Sequence record: MN988561.1
Length of the DNA stretch: 64,000 nucleotides
Reading direction: 5' to 3' (one strand)
In this document: piece after piece, positions 46,685 through 55,851 of the stretch
How positions within the stretch are numbered: the stretch's first letter is position 1
Layout: each line of letters opens with the position of its first letter
Made by a program: the position numbers and the translations under genes
Notes under the pieces: generated by a model
Told to the model about the DNA's origin: nothing
Databases searched by the model: none
Seen by the model: only the letters and a program-made list of their open reading frames with translations

Positions 46685-47008
46685 TTGGTGATGAATATGA
46701 AAATAAAACGTATATTTAAATCATTATTCTTTAGACGTAAGCATGTGATTGATAAATTAGTTCTCATAGGTAGAGCGTCTGATTATGTAAGTGATCCTTT
46801 TATGGTTGGATCATATGCATGGAAGTCACTCTATGGTACTTACAAGTTACAAGTTGATTCTGTTGATGTAGCACAAGACAAAGTTGTCTTTTATTCATAC
46901 TACATTGATCCTCATGGTAGCGAGTTCATTCAAGGTAACTATCGAGTAACAACAATCACTGAAATCGTTCGAAGAGTTAGAAGTTTAAGATTGTTGGTAG
47001 ATATCTAA
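46685..47008 (+). CDS. Hypothetical protein
   Basis: 107 aa ORF; start uncertain. Confidence 0.6.
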   Translation: MVMNMKIKRIFKSLFFRRKHVIDKLVLIGRASDYVSDPFMVGSYAWKSLYGTYKLQVDSVDVAQDKVVFYSYYIDPHGSEFIQGNYRVTTITEIVRRVRSLRLLVDI

Positions 47009-47196
47009 TGAATCCTTTTATAAAAGTAGAAACTGTCGATTGTAATTGTGACAAGATTATGTACCTTGTTCAAATATCAGACGGTCAAGAAGTGCATGAA
47101 GTACAGATTGAATCTCCTGATTTAATCCCTGTACTAGGTCGTGGTATTGAGTTATTGAATGCGGCTAGACGTGCAGAGAGTAATGCTAAGACATGA
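47008..47196 (+). CDS. Hypothetical protein
   Basis: TAATG coupling. Confidence 0.6.
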   Translation: MNPFIKVETVDCNCDKIMYLVQISDGQEVHEVQIESPDLIPVLGRGIELLNAARRAESNAKT

Positions 47197-47211
47197 CAAA
47201 GGAGATACGAA

Positions 47212-47412
47212 ATGTCGAGCACCAAGGCTAAGAAAGAAGACTTGACTCCAGAGCAAATCATGGAGCTAAAGGAGACTCACGTTATCCTTCACGAGGATGA
47301 TGTTTATATCGAGTTCGTTCCCAATATCGTGGAAACGATTATGCTCGATAAGTTTTTCAGTGCAATCAACCCAGAAGAAGAGAATAATGGCGACAACAAC
47401 CTCACAACCTAG
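47212..47412 (+). CDS. Hypothetical protein
   Basis: AAGGAG RBS; 66 aa. Confidence 0.65.
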   Translation: MSSTKAKKEDLTPEQIMELKETHVILHEDDVYIEFVPNIVETIMLDKFFSAINPEEENNGDNNLTT

Positions 47413-48712
47413 TGCAGCTCCGATCGCACAGATTGAAGCTCGTAATCTTATCGAGGCTGATTATCTCGAGTACGGTGCATACGTGAACACGACTCGATCT
47501 GTTCCAGGCTATGATGGTCTGAAGTCAGGTCAACGTCGTGTTCTCTTTGCATTAAGAGATGTAGATGATGGATCTGATGAAATTCCTTCTCTGGAAGTAG
47601 TTACTCAGACTCTGAAGAAGTACCATCCTCACGGTGATGCCTCTATCTACGATACGATGTGTCGACATATCCACAAGGGGTTTATCGAAGGTCGTAGTAA
47701 CTTCGGTACCAATCACTTGATGGAAGAAATCGGTGCAGCCGCATACCGATATACCTATGTGAAGCCTCATAAGCAATTCACTGATGGTGCGTTTCGATTC
47801 ATCGATCAAGTACCGACTGTTGAGAATGAGTACGGTTTTAATGAACCTACGTATCTACCAGTACCGATTCCTCTAGGACTAACAACTGGTGCAAAGGGTA
47901 TCGGTATTGGTCTTCTCTGCAACATTCCTGCATTTTCTCCTAAGTCTCTTTTTGATGCACTTATGGCAGATGATCCTTCTCGTCTGAAAGCACCTGCTGG
48001 TACTTTTATTGTAAGTGGCGATATGGATAAGCTCTGGAAGACAGGTGAAGGCTGGATCCAATATGGTCTCAAGTGCTATCAGACTTGGCATGATCTGGAC
48101 GGTAAGACCGTATCAGTTATTGAAGGATCTGGTCGTATCTTCAAGCCTCGTATCTGGGATACTTTCTCTACATTGATTGAAGATGAAAGTGTTTATACTC
48201 GAGACGAATCTGGTGAAAAGATCAAGATGATCATCACTCGAGTCAAGGGTCTTAAGCGTATTACTGATGAACAAGTTCACCAGATGGCTCAGCAAGCAGC
48301 TGTCGAGAAGATGTTCTTCCGTATCTATGTTACTGAGAACAAGGTCGTTTACCGTAAGTCGATGAAAGACTGGATGCAGGAACTATGGGCTCGTTACGAG
48401 AAGGTAGTTGATACGTACAAGACTACTCAAGTTAATGATTTGAATCATCGTATCAAAATCCTGAACCTGATTCCTGTAGTAGCACCTAGCATTCTTCAGG
48501 ATCTTCCGATTGCTGAAATCGCTAAGACGACTGGAGCTAGTGAAGCTGATCTTCGAGAAGTCGAAGGGAAGTCGATCAAGATGCTTCGTAAGTCAGACTT
48601 TGGTGCTCAGATTACTGATCTCAATAAGAAGATTACCAATGTCCAGAAGATCAGTGCTAAGGCTCTAGCAGTTGACTTCGTTGATATGCTTGAGAAGGCT
48701 CAGGCTATCTAA
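47387..48712 (+). CDS. Type IIA topoisomerase cleavage subunit (GyrA/ParC-like, no CTD)
   Basis: DGLKSGQRRVLF, YHPHGDASIY, AAAYRYT (catalytic Tyr); ATG 47387. Confidence 0.92.
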   Translation: MATTTSQPSAAPIAQIEARNLIEADYLEYGAYVNTTRSVPGYDGLKSGQRRVLFALRDVDDGSDEIPSLEVVTQTLKKYHPHGDASIYDTMCRHIHKGFIEGRSNFGTNHLMEEIGAAAYRYTYVKPHKQFTDGAFRFIDQVPTVENEYGFNEPTYLPVPIPLGLTTGAKGIGIGLLCNIPAFSPKSLFDALMADDPSRLKAPAGTFIVSGDMDKLWKTGEGWIQYGLKCYQTWHDLDGKTVSVIEGSGRIFKPRIWDTFSTLIEDESVYTRDESGEKIKMIITRVKGLKRITDEQVHQMAQQAAVEKMFFRIYVTENKVVYRKSMKDWMQELWARYEKVVDTYKTTQVNDLNHRIKILNLIPVVAPSILQDLPIAEIAKTTGASEADLREVEGKSIKMLRKSDFGAQITDLNKKITNVQKISAKALAVDFVDMLEKAQAI

Positions 48713-48738
48713 ACTCATTTATAAATCGAGGAGTCAAT

Positions 48739-50685
48739 ATGACTGAATCAATTTCGATTATGACGCCACTCCAGCAGATGTTCCACCGTCGTGGTATGTA
48801 CATCGGTGGCGCTGAGAATCCTGAAATCCTGGCTAAGGAACTTATCGATAACGCACTCGATGAACTCCTCTGCGGTTATGCCGATCGAATTGAATTCGAT
48901 TGGGATCTCAAAGAAGGATGGTTCAGGATTCGAGATAATGGTCGAGGCATGCCTCTATCTCAGTTCCATACTGAAGATCAGGACATGTCTGGATTGAATG
49001 GAGCTATTCAGGCTCGTCTTCTCTTCACTCGTCCATTCTCGTCTGGTAAGTATGACAAGAATAACTACAAGTATTCGTCCGGTACGAATGGTGTAGGTAT
49101 CAAGGCAGTCAACGTTTTCAGTACGAAGACTGAAGTACGTGTCAAGGATAAGAAGCTCGTTCATAATGGCGATCTGTATCATCTCACTCTTGGATGGACT
49201 GAGCCAGAACGTGTCCAGACAATTGATGAGCAGTGGATTGATGCTAGCACGATTGAAGACTTCTGGTGGTCTACTGAAGTCAAGTGCTATCCGAATATGG
49301 AAGTCTTTAAGACGATCAAGTGCAAGATTCGTGAGACTCAGCTTCAGCTAGCTAAGACTTCGAAGCCTAACTGTAAGATCGTTGTCAATGGTGAAGAGAT
49401 CAAGCCATTCTCGTTCCGTGAGAGTGTTACTAATGATCTCCTTCTGAATAAGACTTTCAAAGTCAATGTCACGGTTGGATATACCAACTTCGAGATTGAA
49501 CTTGGATGGTCCTCTAAAGATTTCAATTCCTACTATCGTGGAGCAGTCAATCTTGGTTCATGTAATGAAGGTTGGCATATCAAGGAGACCAAGTATGCAG
49601 TAGGTCGAGTACTTGCTGGATATGATGATCTGTTGACTAACTCGGATGCCGAGTACGGTCTCCGTATGTTTATCAACTGCCTGATCTCTGAACCGATCTA
49701 CACTTCTCAGACCAAGGAGAAGTTAGCTGGTGTGACTGACTTCGATGTATTCAATGAAGCATTGATGCGTAAGAAGTATGCCGATCTTATCGAGAAGGAT
49801 GAGAACGGTAGAGAGAATGTCGTCAAGGCTAAGGAAGCAGTCAAGAATGATCCTGAATTCCTGAAACCTGAGTTGCTCTATGCTGCTATTCAGAAAGCTG
49901 TCAAGAAAGAACTTGATCAGGATGAATCGTTCAAGACAGTTCTTGTTAAGAGAATTGTTGAGTACAAGAAATCTGTCCAGAAACTATCTGAGCAGAGCTT
50001 CATCAATTCTATCGTTAAGACTGGTAATCATAAGATCGCTAGAAATTCGGTAGTAGGTATCAAGGAGGCAGGGTCTGCTGATCGTGCTAAGTGCGAACTC
50101 TTCATCTGCGAAGGTAAGTCTGCAGAAGGTAATCTTCTTCAGAAGAGAGATCGTATGTTCCAGGCAGTCTTCCCTCTTCGTGGTAAGCCATTGAATGCTG
50201 CCAACGTGAGTGACATCAAACAGATTCTTGAGAATCGTGAGATGAAGACTCTGGTCAACGGCATCGGTGCAGGTATTCTTCCTCAGGTCGATCTTACTCA
50301 TGCTCGTTATGGTAAGTTGATCATCCTTACAGACGCTGACCCAGATGGTAAGAATATTGAAGCTCTCATTATCGGAGCTCTCTTGTTCTTGAATCCTAAG
50401 GTCATTGAAGCAGGTATGTTGTACACAGTAGCTGCTCCTCTGTACAAGCAGGATGGTAAGCTTCTATATTCAGAGAAGGATCTGAATATGAAGAAGAAAT
50501 TCAAGAGATTCAAAGGTCTTGGATCAATGATGGCTGACGAACTCGAAGCTAGTGCTCTGAAGTCAACTACTCGTAAGCTTCGTCAGATCACATTGACTGA
50601 AGCTCGTGAGAAAGCTCTCGAAATCATTACTTCTTCTCATGAGAAGAAGCGTATCATGACAATCAATAAAATCCTAGTGGAATAA
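48739..50685 (+). CDS. Type IIA topoisomerase ATPase/TOPRIM subunit (GyrB/ParE-like)
   Basis: GMYIG, ELIDNALDE, DNGRGMP, GTNGVG, EGKSA, PLRGK, DADPDG, FKGLG. Confidence 0.95.
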   Translation: MTESISIMTPLQQMFHRRGMYIGGAENPEILAKELIDNALDELLCGYADRIEFDWDLKEGWFRIRDNGRGMPLSQFHTEDQDMSGLNGAIQARLLFTRPFSSGKYDKNNYKYSSGTNGVGIKAVNVFSTKTEVRVKDKKLVHNGDLYHLTLGWTEPERVQTIDEQWIDASTIEDFWWSTEVKCYPNMEVFKTIKCKIRETQLQLAKTSKPNCKIVVNGEEIKPFSFRESVTNDLLLNKTFKVNVTVGYTNFEIELGWSSKDFNSYYRGAVNLGSCNEGWHIKETKYAVGRVLAGYDDLLTNSDAEYGLRMFINCLISEPIYTSQTKEKLAGVTDFDVFNEALMRKKYADLIEKDENGRENVVKAKEAVKNDPEFLKPELLYAAIQKAVKKELDQDESFKTVLVKRIVEYKKSVQKLSEQSFINSIVKTGNHKIARNSVVGIKEAGSADRAKCELFICEGKSAEGNLLQKRDRMFQAVFPLRGKPLNAANVSDIKQILENREMKTLVNGIGAGILPQVDLTHARYGKLIILTDADPDGKNIEALIIGALLFLNPKVIEAGMLYTVAAPLYKQDGKLLYSEKDLNMKKKFKRFKGLGSMMADELEASALKSTTRKLRQITLTEAREKALEIITSSHEKKRIMTINKILVE

Positions 50686-50686
50686 T

Positions 50687-51589
50687 ATGCTTAAACGTAA
50701 TGTTTTGTTGACAGGTTCAGCAGGATACATTGGATGCGTAGTCGGAGATCGACTACGCAAGTCCAACAATACTGCATTAACTACCTTAGATCGAAAATAT
50801 CATATTACTGAAGGTGCTCATCACATCCAAGGTGATGTGAAGAATCTTATCAATTCAGAACAAGATGTGCTCGTTCATCTCGCAGCATTGATCTCAGTAC
50901 CTGAGTCTCATAGTCACGCTGAAGAGTACTATGATAATAATTGTTCTCAATTTCATGAAATGCTGAATCTGAATCAAAATCACTTTGGTCATCTGATTTA
51001 TGCATCTTCATTCTCAATTTATGATGAGAATCTAGAGATCTATCCTAAATCCGTTTATGCTTCTACTAAATTAGAAGGTGAATGGATTGTAAAGAGATGG
51101 GCTCAGACGATGAATCAAGATTATTCGATTCTAAGATTTGCAAATCCGATTGGTGTTAGTCAATCACTCCACTCTCATATTGCAGATCGTATACAATCGA
51201 GTTACGCTAATGTTATGTGGAGACTTGCTCGATGCAAATTACTAGGCGAGATGTTTTATATTCATGACCTGCCTGGTATGACACGTGACTTTTATCCTGT
51301 TGAATGGATTGGATATGTTATCGACTGGATTGCTAAGAATGGTCCCGTAGGTACTGTAAATCTAGGTAGCGGTAAGCCTGTATCAGTTATGAATCTTCTT
51401 CAGCATATCTGTGAGAAGTATAATATCAGTTACAAGTATGTTCTACCACCTGAAGGTACTGCTCTAGGTATTACCAAGAAGGTTGATGTATTCAAAGAAG
51501 GGATTCCTGATTTTGATACCTACGATCCAGTTGCATATTGTGAGAAGTCGTTTTTAGATTATCTATCGTTGATTCAGAACGCGAATTAA
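50687..51589 (+). CDS. NAD-dependent nucleotide-sugar epimerase/dehydratase (GalE-like SDR)
   Basis: TGSAGYIG, HLAALISV.ES, YASS, YASTK. Confidence 0.9.
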   Translation: MLKRNVLLTGSAGYIGCVVGDRLRKSNNTALTTLDRKYHITEGAHHIQGDVKNLINSEQDVLVHLAALISVPESHSHAEEYYDNNCSQFHEMLNLNQNHFGHLIYASSFSIYDENLEIYPKSVYASTKLEGEWIVKRWAQTMNQDYSILRFANPIGVSQSLHSHIADRIQSSYANVMWRLARCKLLGEMFYIHDLPGMTRDFYPVEWIGYVIDWIAKNGPVGTVNLGSGKPVSVMNLLQHICEKYNISYKYVLPPEGTALGITKKVDVFKEGIPDFDTYDPVAYCEKSFLDYLSLIQNAN

Positions 51590-51607
51590 CGCTAGATTAG
51601 CCTTCCC
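51581..51607 (+). promoter_or_regulatory. Putative phage promoter, class 1
   Basis: GCGAA-N13-AGCCTTCCC. Confidence 0.75.
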
Positions 51608-51617
51608 TTCTCGTAGA

Positions 51618-51818
51618 ATGAATAAGAGGATCACCATGAAAGATCTACGTGAATTCAAATCTAAGCTTGATGCTAAGTTCGATACTCAGACATCTTGGGG
51701 TAAGAATCAGATCAAGCAAGTCATCAATGATACTTATATTGAAATCATTGAAAGTAAAGTAGAAGGTACTATCCAGCAGTCGACTCCTTCTAATCGTATC
51801 GACGAAGACTCTAAGTAA
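51618..51818 (+). CDS. Hypothetical protein
   Basis: 66 aa ORF; start may be ATG 51636 after GAGGA. Confidence 0.6.
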   Translation: MNKRITMKDLREFKSKLDAKFDTQTSWGKNQIKQVINDTYIEIIESKVEGTIQQSTPSNRIDEDSK

Positions 51819-51840
51819 TTTTCTAGTCAAGGTTAACAAT

Positions 51841-53028
51841 ATGAATTTTCTTTATATCACAAGAAGCATTGATCCGCTAGCTGCTGATCATCGTCCTGAA
51901 GCATATGATCGTTATCGATTCTATGCTCCGATGATGTCACGTCTAGCTGAGATCGGTGGAGGTGACGTCTACCTTCAGACTCGTTATAATCCTAAGGATT
52001 ATCGTCCTGGTGGTACGATTGAAAGAATGGAAAGAAATTTCCGTCTTCCTAAGAAGTACAAGACTGGTGATAAGATTGACATGATCGTATGTGCCATCTT
52101 CTGCCCAGACGATGACATTACATTCAATGAGGATCTGAACAAGTTCCGTCAGACTCTTGAAGATACTGGTGCACCATACATCTATCACGACTCTGATAAA
52201 GAGTTCTCCACTCAGGATGATCAGCAAGATCTTTTCCATCCAGGTAATAAGAACTATTTCCTTCAGACAATATCTAAGCTTCCAGAGGATGACATCCTCC
52301 GATCCCGACTACGCTGCGTGGCTACGTCGGTTCCGGATGCAGATTATCATCAGATTCTGAAGGATAATCTCAAGGTCGATGTAACGTATCTACCTGCTAC
52401 GTTCTGGGGAGACTGGAAAGATAAGTTTGGATACATTCCTCTTTCTGAACGTAAGTACGATCTGACATTCCTTCGTGACTTCTATCTGAATCCGAAGCGT
52501 TCAGTCATTCTGAAGAATCTTGGTACTGGTGTATCGGATATCAGTGTTCTTCTTGGATCTCGTAGTGGCGACCCTTCTAGTCGTGGAGGATACATCAGCC
52601 ATAAGGTTCCGACGATTGATTTCGATCAGATGCGTCAAGGTGCTACGTACAATGATCTATCGAAGTACATGTCTAAGTCTCGTCTGACTCCGTCTACGAG
52701 TATTTATATGCGTGTCACTTCTAAGCTATTCGAAGCAGCTGAGAGTCGTACTCTAGCACTACTCTTCTCTCCGTGCTTCTATTCAGACGTAGTTGATCAC
52801 CCTTCTGAGGCAGATGCTTATCTGAGTCAACTTGCTCTTGTAATTCCAGGATCCACTACTGTAAGTCAGTTGATTACACGTATTCGTAGTCTGACTGATG
52901 AAGAATATCTGAAGCTTGTCGAGGTTCAGGATAAGCTCGTTGAGACTGTATTCAGTATCAAATCTGATTACATCACTAGCAAGCTGACTAAGATCATCAC
53001 AGATTATGTAGGTAATGTGAATGGCTAA
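51841..53028 (+). CDS. Putative GT-B glycosyltransferase (beta-glucosyltransferase-like C-terminal lobe)
   Basis: YDLTF...KR, VTSKLFEAAESRTLAL, QLITRIRSL..EYLKLVEVQ echo the GT-B nucleotide-binding lobe. Comparison by eye only. Confidence 0.5.
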   Translation: MNFLYITRSIDPLAADHRPEAYDRYRFYAPMMSRLAEIGGGDVYLQTRYNPKDYRPGGTIERMERNFRLPKKYKTGDKIDMIVCAIFCPDDDITFNEDLNKFRQTLEDTGAPYIYHDSDKEFSTQDDQQDLFHPGNKNYFLQTISKLPEDDILRSRLRCVATSVPDADYHQILKDNLKVDVTYLPATFWGDWKDKFGYIPLSERKYDLTFLRDFYLNPKRSVILKNLGTGVSDISVLLGSRSGDPSSRGGYISHKVPTIDFDQMRQGATYNDLSKYMSKSRLTPSTSIYMRVTSKLFEAAESRTLALLFSPCFYSDVVDHPSEADAYLSQLALVIPGSTTVSQLITRIRSLTDEEYLKLVEVQDKLVETVFSIKSDYITSKLTKIITDYVGNVNG

Positions 53029-53899
53029 TGTTCTAGTTACTCTCATTACCAATCGTCCAGATGTTTCTTCGGAACGATGGATCGGTACCATCGGAAAGCT
53101 ATCTAAGCTTTCCGAGTACCATGATATGACCTACTCGATTCTTCTGCAACCTCCTTTTACAGTAGAAGACTGTGATAAAGTTCGTACTAGAGTACTTGAA
53201 GCACTCGGTCCTAAGAATCAGGTAGTCGTAGAGCATTTTATTAATCCTCCAGGTCCATTCAATTTTAGAACTGCTCGAAATCAGGCTATGTTGAATGTAC
53301 CGTATCTGAATACTTTTGATTACGTTCTTATCACTGACGATGACTTCAAGTTCAGTGGTCCTACTCCTAAGGGATATGACTCATGGGAACGTTATCATCA
53401 GGCTATTAAGTATCTCGATGAGAACCGTCGATGCGGTGGTGTATTAATCAAAGGTATGTTTGGATCTCCTCCAGTCGATAAGGGTGGAAATGAGGTATCA
53501 AAAGTACATGACGAGTACTACTCGACCAATCGAGGCATTCTTCATCGTAATGTGATGAAGTACGATAACGTAGATTGGATCTACTCAAATGAATGCTTCG
53601 ATTATCCTTCTGCTCTCGAGGATGCAGCAGCTTGTTTCTCTCGAATTGAGCTCGGCTACTATTATGCTCGTATCTGGAAGTCACCCACCACACCTCTTCC
53701 TGTGAAGCAGACATGTGCTGATGACATCCCTGATGACAATATCTATTCGCGACATATGGTCAATGAAGTAGGTATTGGTAAAGCTATTCGTGAACGTTAC
53801 GACGATCCTACATGGGAAGTCGATCAGAAGCGTATGCCTAAGAAACTCAATAATCTTAAACTCGAAGCCATGAACAGTCGTGGATGGGTTGTAACCTAA
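53021..53899 (+). CDS. Putative GT-A (GT2-like) glycosyltransferase
   Basis: FNFRTARNQ, YVLITDDD (DxD), EDAAAC. Confidence 0.6.
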   Translation: MANVLVTLITNRPDVSSERWIGTIGKLSKLSEYHDMTYSILLQPPFTVEDCDKVRTRVLEALGPKNQVVVEHFINPPGPFNFRTARNQAMLNVPYLNTFDYVLITDDDFKFSGPTPKGYDSWERYHQAIKYLDENRRCGGVLIKGMFGSPPVDKGGNEVSKVHDEYYSTNRGILHRNVMKYDNVDWIYSNECFDYPSALEDAAACFSRIELGYYYARIWKSPTTPLPVKQTCADDIPDDNIYSRHMVNEVGIGKAIRERYDDPTWEVDQKRMPKKLNNLKLEAMNSRGWVVT

Positions 53900-53910
53900 G
53901 GAGTCTCGAC

Positions 53911-54150
53911 ATGAAACATCTTCTTGAGAAAGCAACGACTCTCGTCAAGCAGTCTAATAAATTGACTCTGGAATACCGTAAGTCTCCAGATGAATTGAAA
54001 TCTAAGACTCAAGAGATCGTCAAGCACTTTCTCGAATTCAACGAGATCGAATCGAAAGAAGATTTCATTGATCAATTGTCGTCCAAATCTGAGGAGACAG
54101 GTAATATGGATTACCTGTCTGCAGCTGAGATTATCCGAGAGTACTCTTAA
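53911..54150 (+). CDS. Small helical hypothetical protein
   Basis: AAGGAG RBS before ATG 53911. Confidence 0.65.
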   Translation: MKHLLEKATTLVKQSNKLTLEYRKSPDELKSKTQEIVKHFLEFNEIESKEDFIDQLSSKSEETGNMDYLSAAEIIREYS

Positions 54151-54455
54151 TGTTTAAAATTACTGTAGAGTCGTCTCAACCTGTTAAGAGTATCAACATT
54201 GAGTTCGGTGAAACTCAGGAGACGAAGGCTGAATTCTATCCTGTACCGACCTTTGAGACTAGAGGTGTAGAGAGTCTTAAATACGAGACTCCTCCTTCAT
54301 CTGAGTCATATGAAGACGTTCTAGCAAGACGAGCATCGACTGTATCGACTACTCCTGTAAAGCCTAAAGAGACTGAGACTGCTCCAGAAGTAGTCGAGGA
54401 TCTTACTAATCGACCTGCACTTGTTGATCAATCCTTTGCAGGATCTACTTTCTAA
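54150..54455 (+). CDS. Hypothetical protein; candidate ParM adaptor
   Basis: Short beta-rich N-terminus, disordered acidic Pro/Thr linker, aromatic C-terminal tip (FAGSTF); lies directly upstream of parM. Confidence 0.6.
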   Translation: MFKITVESSQPVKSINIEFGETQETKAEFYPVPTFETRGVESLKYETPPSSESYEDVLARRASTVSTTPVKPKETETAPEVVEDLTNRPALVDQSFAGSTF

Positions 54456-54463
54456 GAGGTAAT

Positions 54464-55429
54464 ATGAAAACTGTATTAGGTCTTGATCCTGGGTACGGAG
54501 ACTTCAAGGTATGCTTCGGTAATTCTAAAGGGATTATCTCTAAGCTATACAAGTTCAACTCCGTACTAGGTCGTGTTGATGTCAGTCAACATATCAACGA
54601 TACTCGAGTTTATGGATATAAAGGTACGACCTACTATGTAGGTGAGATGGCCTTGAAACTTGAGTCATCTCGAATCATCGACTTGATGTCTTACAACAAT
54701 CTGGAGACATTCTCTCCTCTTCTGATTGAACATGTCATCAATGAACTCGGAGAAGTTCCTGATATCGTCGTATGTGGTCTTTCGATTGCTCACGTTGATT
54801 ATTCAGGGTACTATCGAGATGCGATTCTTAACTATCTTGTTAAGGAGAAGAATCTTCCAATCAAAGATGTCCGCATCATCCCACAGGGTGTAGGTGGTAA
54901 GTTAACGTATGACAAGTATGGTCGTACATTCCCTGCCCTCACATCAGAATTCAGTGATGACAACAACTATGTAGGTTGTGATATTGGATTCAATACACTC
55001 GATGTATTCCATGTCATTCAGAACAAGGTATCTCCTAACTTGATTAGAGGTATTGAAAGTCAAGGTGTAGTCAAGATTGTGACTCGTCTTCTTGACTACA
55101 TCAAGAATGACTACAGTCTGGAATTCTCTGTCAAGGAAGGTAAGAACATCCTTGATAATGGTCAATTTAAGATCCGTGGACGTGAATTTGATGTCACCAA
55201 ACAGATTGAAGTGATCAAACGCTCTTATCTTGAAGAAGTCAAGGAACTCATCGAGAATGAGTTCGGAGCAGTACTTGACAAGGTCGAGAAGATCAAGATG
55301 TTTGGAGGAGGTTCATATCTCTTCAATACGATGAATGACTCCTTCATCGAAACTCCAGAATCTCGTGCTGAATACTATAATTCCATCGGGAATTATCTAC
55401 ATGGCTTGACGATTGTCGAGAAAGATTAA
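54464..55429 (+). CDS. parM: ParM/StbA-family actin-like ATPase
   Basis: Actin-fold motifs: GLDPGYGDFK (phosphate 1), IIPQG (connect 1), CDIGFNTLD (phosphate 2), FGGGS (adenosine). Confidence 0.9.
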   Translation: MKTVLGLDPGYGDFKVCFGNSKGIISKLYKFNSVLGRVDVSQHINDTRVYGYKGTTYYVGEMALKLESSRIIDLMSYNNLETFSPLLIEHVINELGEVPDIVVCGLSIAHVDYSGYYRDAILNYLVKEKNLPIKDVRIIPQGVGGKLTYDKYGRTFPALTSEFSDDNNYVGCDIGFNTLDVFHVIQNKVSPNLIRGIESQGVVKIVTRLLDYIKNDYSLEFSVKEGKNILDNGQFKIRGREFDVTKQIEVIKRSYLEEVKELIENEFGAVLDKVEKIKMFGGGSYLFNTMNDSFIETPESRAEYYNSIGNYLHGLTIVEKD

Positions 55430-55433
55430 TCTT

Positions 55434-55473
55434 AAGGTCTACTAGAAGAGATTCTAGTAGACCTTTTCTTTTT
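55434..55473 (+). terminator. Rho-independent terminator
   Basis: Perfect 14-bp stem AAGGTCTACTAGAA-GAGA-TTCTAGTAGACCTT followed by TTCTTTTT. Confidence 0.9.
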
Positions 55474-55482
55474 GAGGATAAA

Positions 55483-55842
55483 ATGCTCAAATTAGATAGA
55501 AGTGTCAAAGAGTCTGAGTGTCTACACTACGAATTTGATATTAATGGTGGTTATAGCATTACTTTAAAAATCGTCTTTGATGATACTGAAGAGAATGCGA
55601 TTCACTTTGATTCTCATGATCACGATGTTCAGATTAATGGATTTAAATATTATATTTTAGATTCAGATACATACAGTAATGGGACATCAATGAGGATTAT
55701 GAAGATATCGTCTACAAATGATGATAGTGCTAAATACCTGATGTCTTATATTGAAGGTTTCATCATCAAAAATAAATTAGGAAACTCTAGCGGACTTCGA
55801 TATAGATCTTATATACGATCAGATCAACAATCACTCAAGTGA
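55483..55842 (+). CDS. Hypothetical protein
   Basis: GAGGA RBS; 119 aa. Confidence 0.65.
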   Translation: MLKLDRSVKESECLHYEFDINGGYSITLKIVFDDTEENAIHFDSHDHDVQINGFKYYILDSDTYSNGTSMRIMKISSTNDDSAKYLMSYIEGFIIKNKLGNSSGLRYRSYIRSDQQSLK

Positions 55843-55851
55843 GGACAGAAG

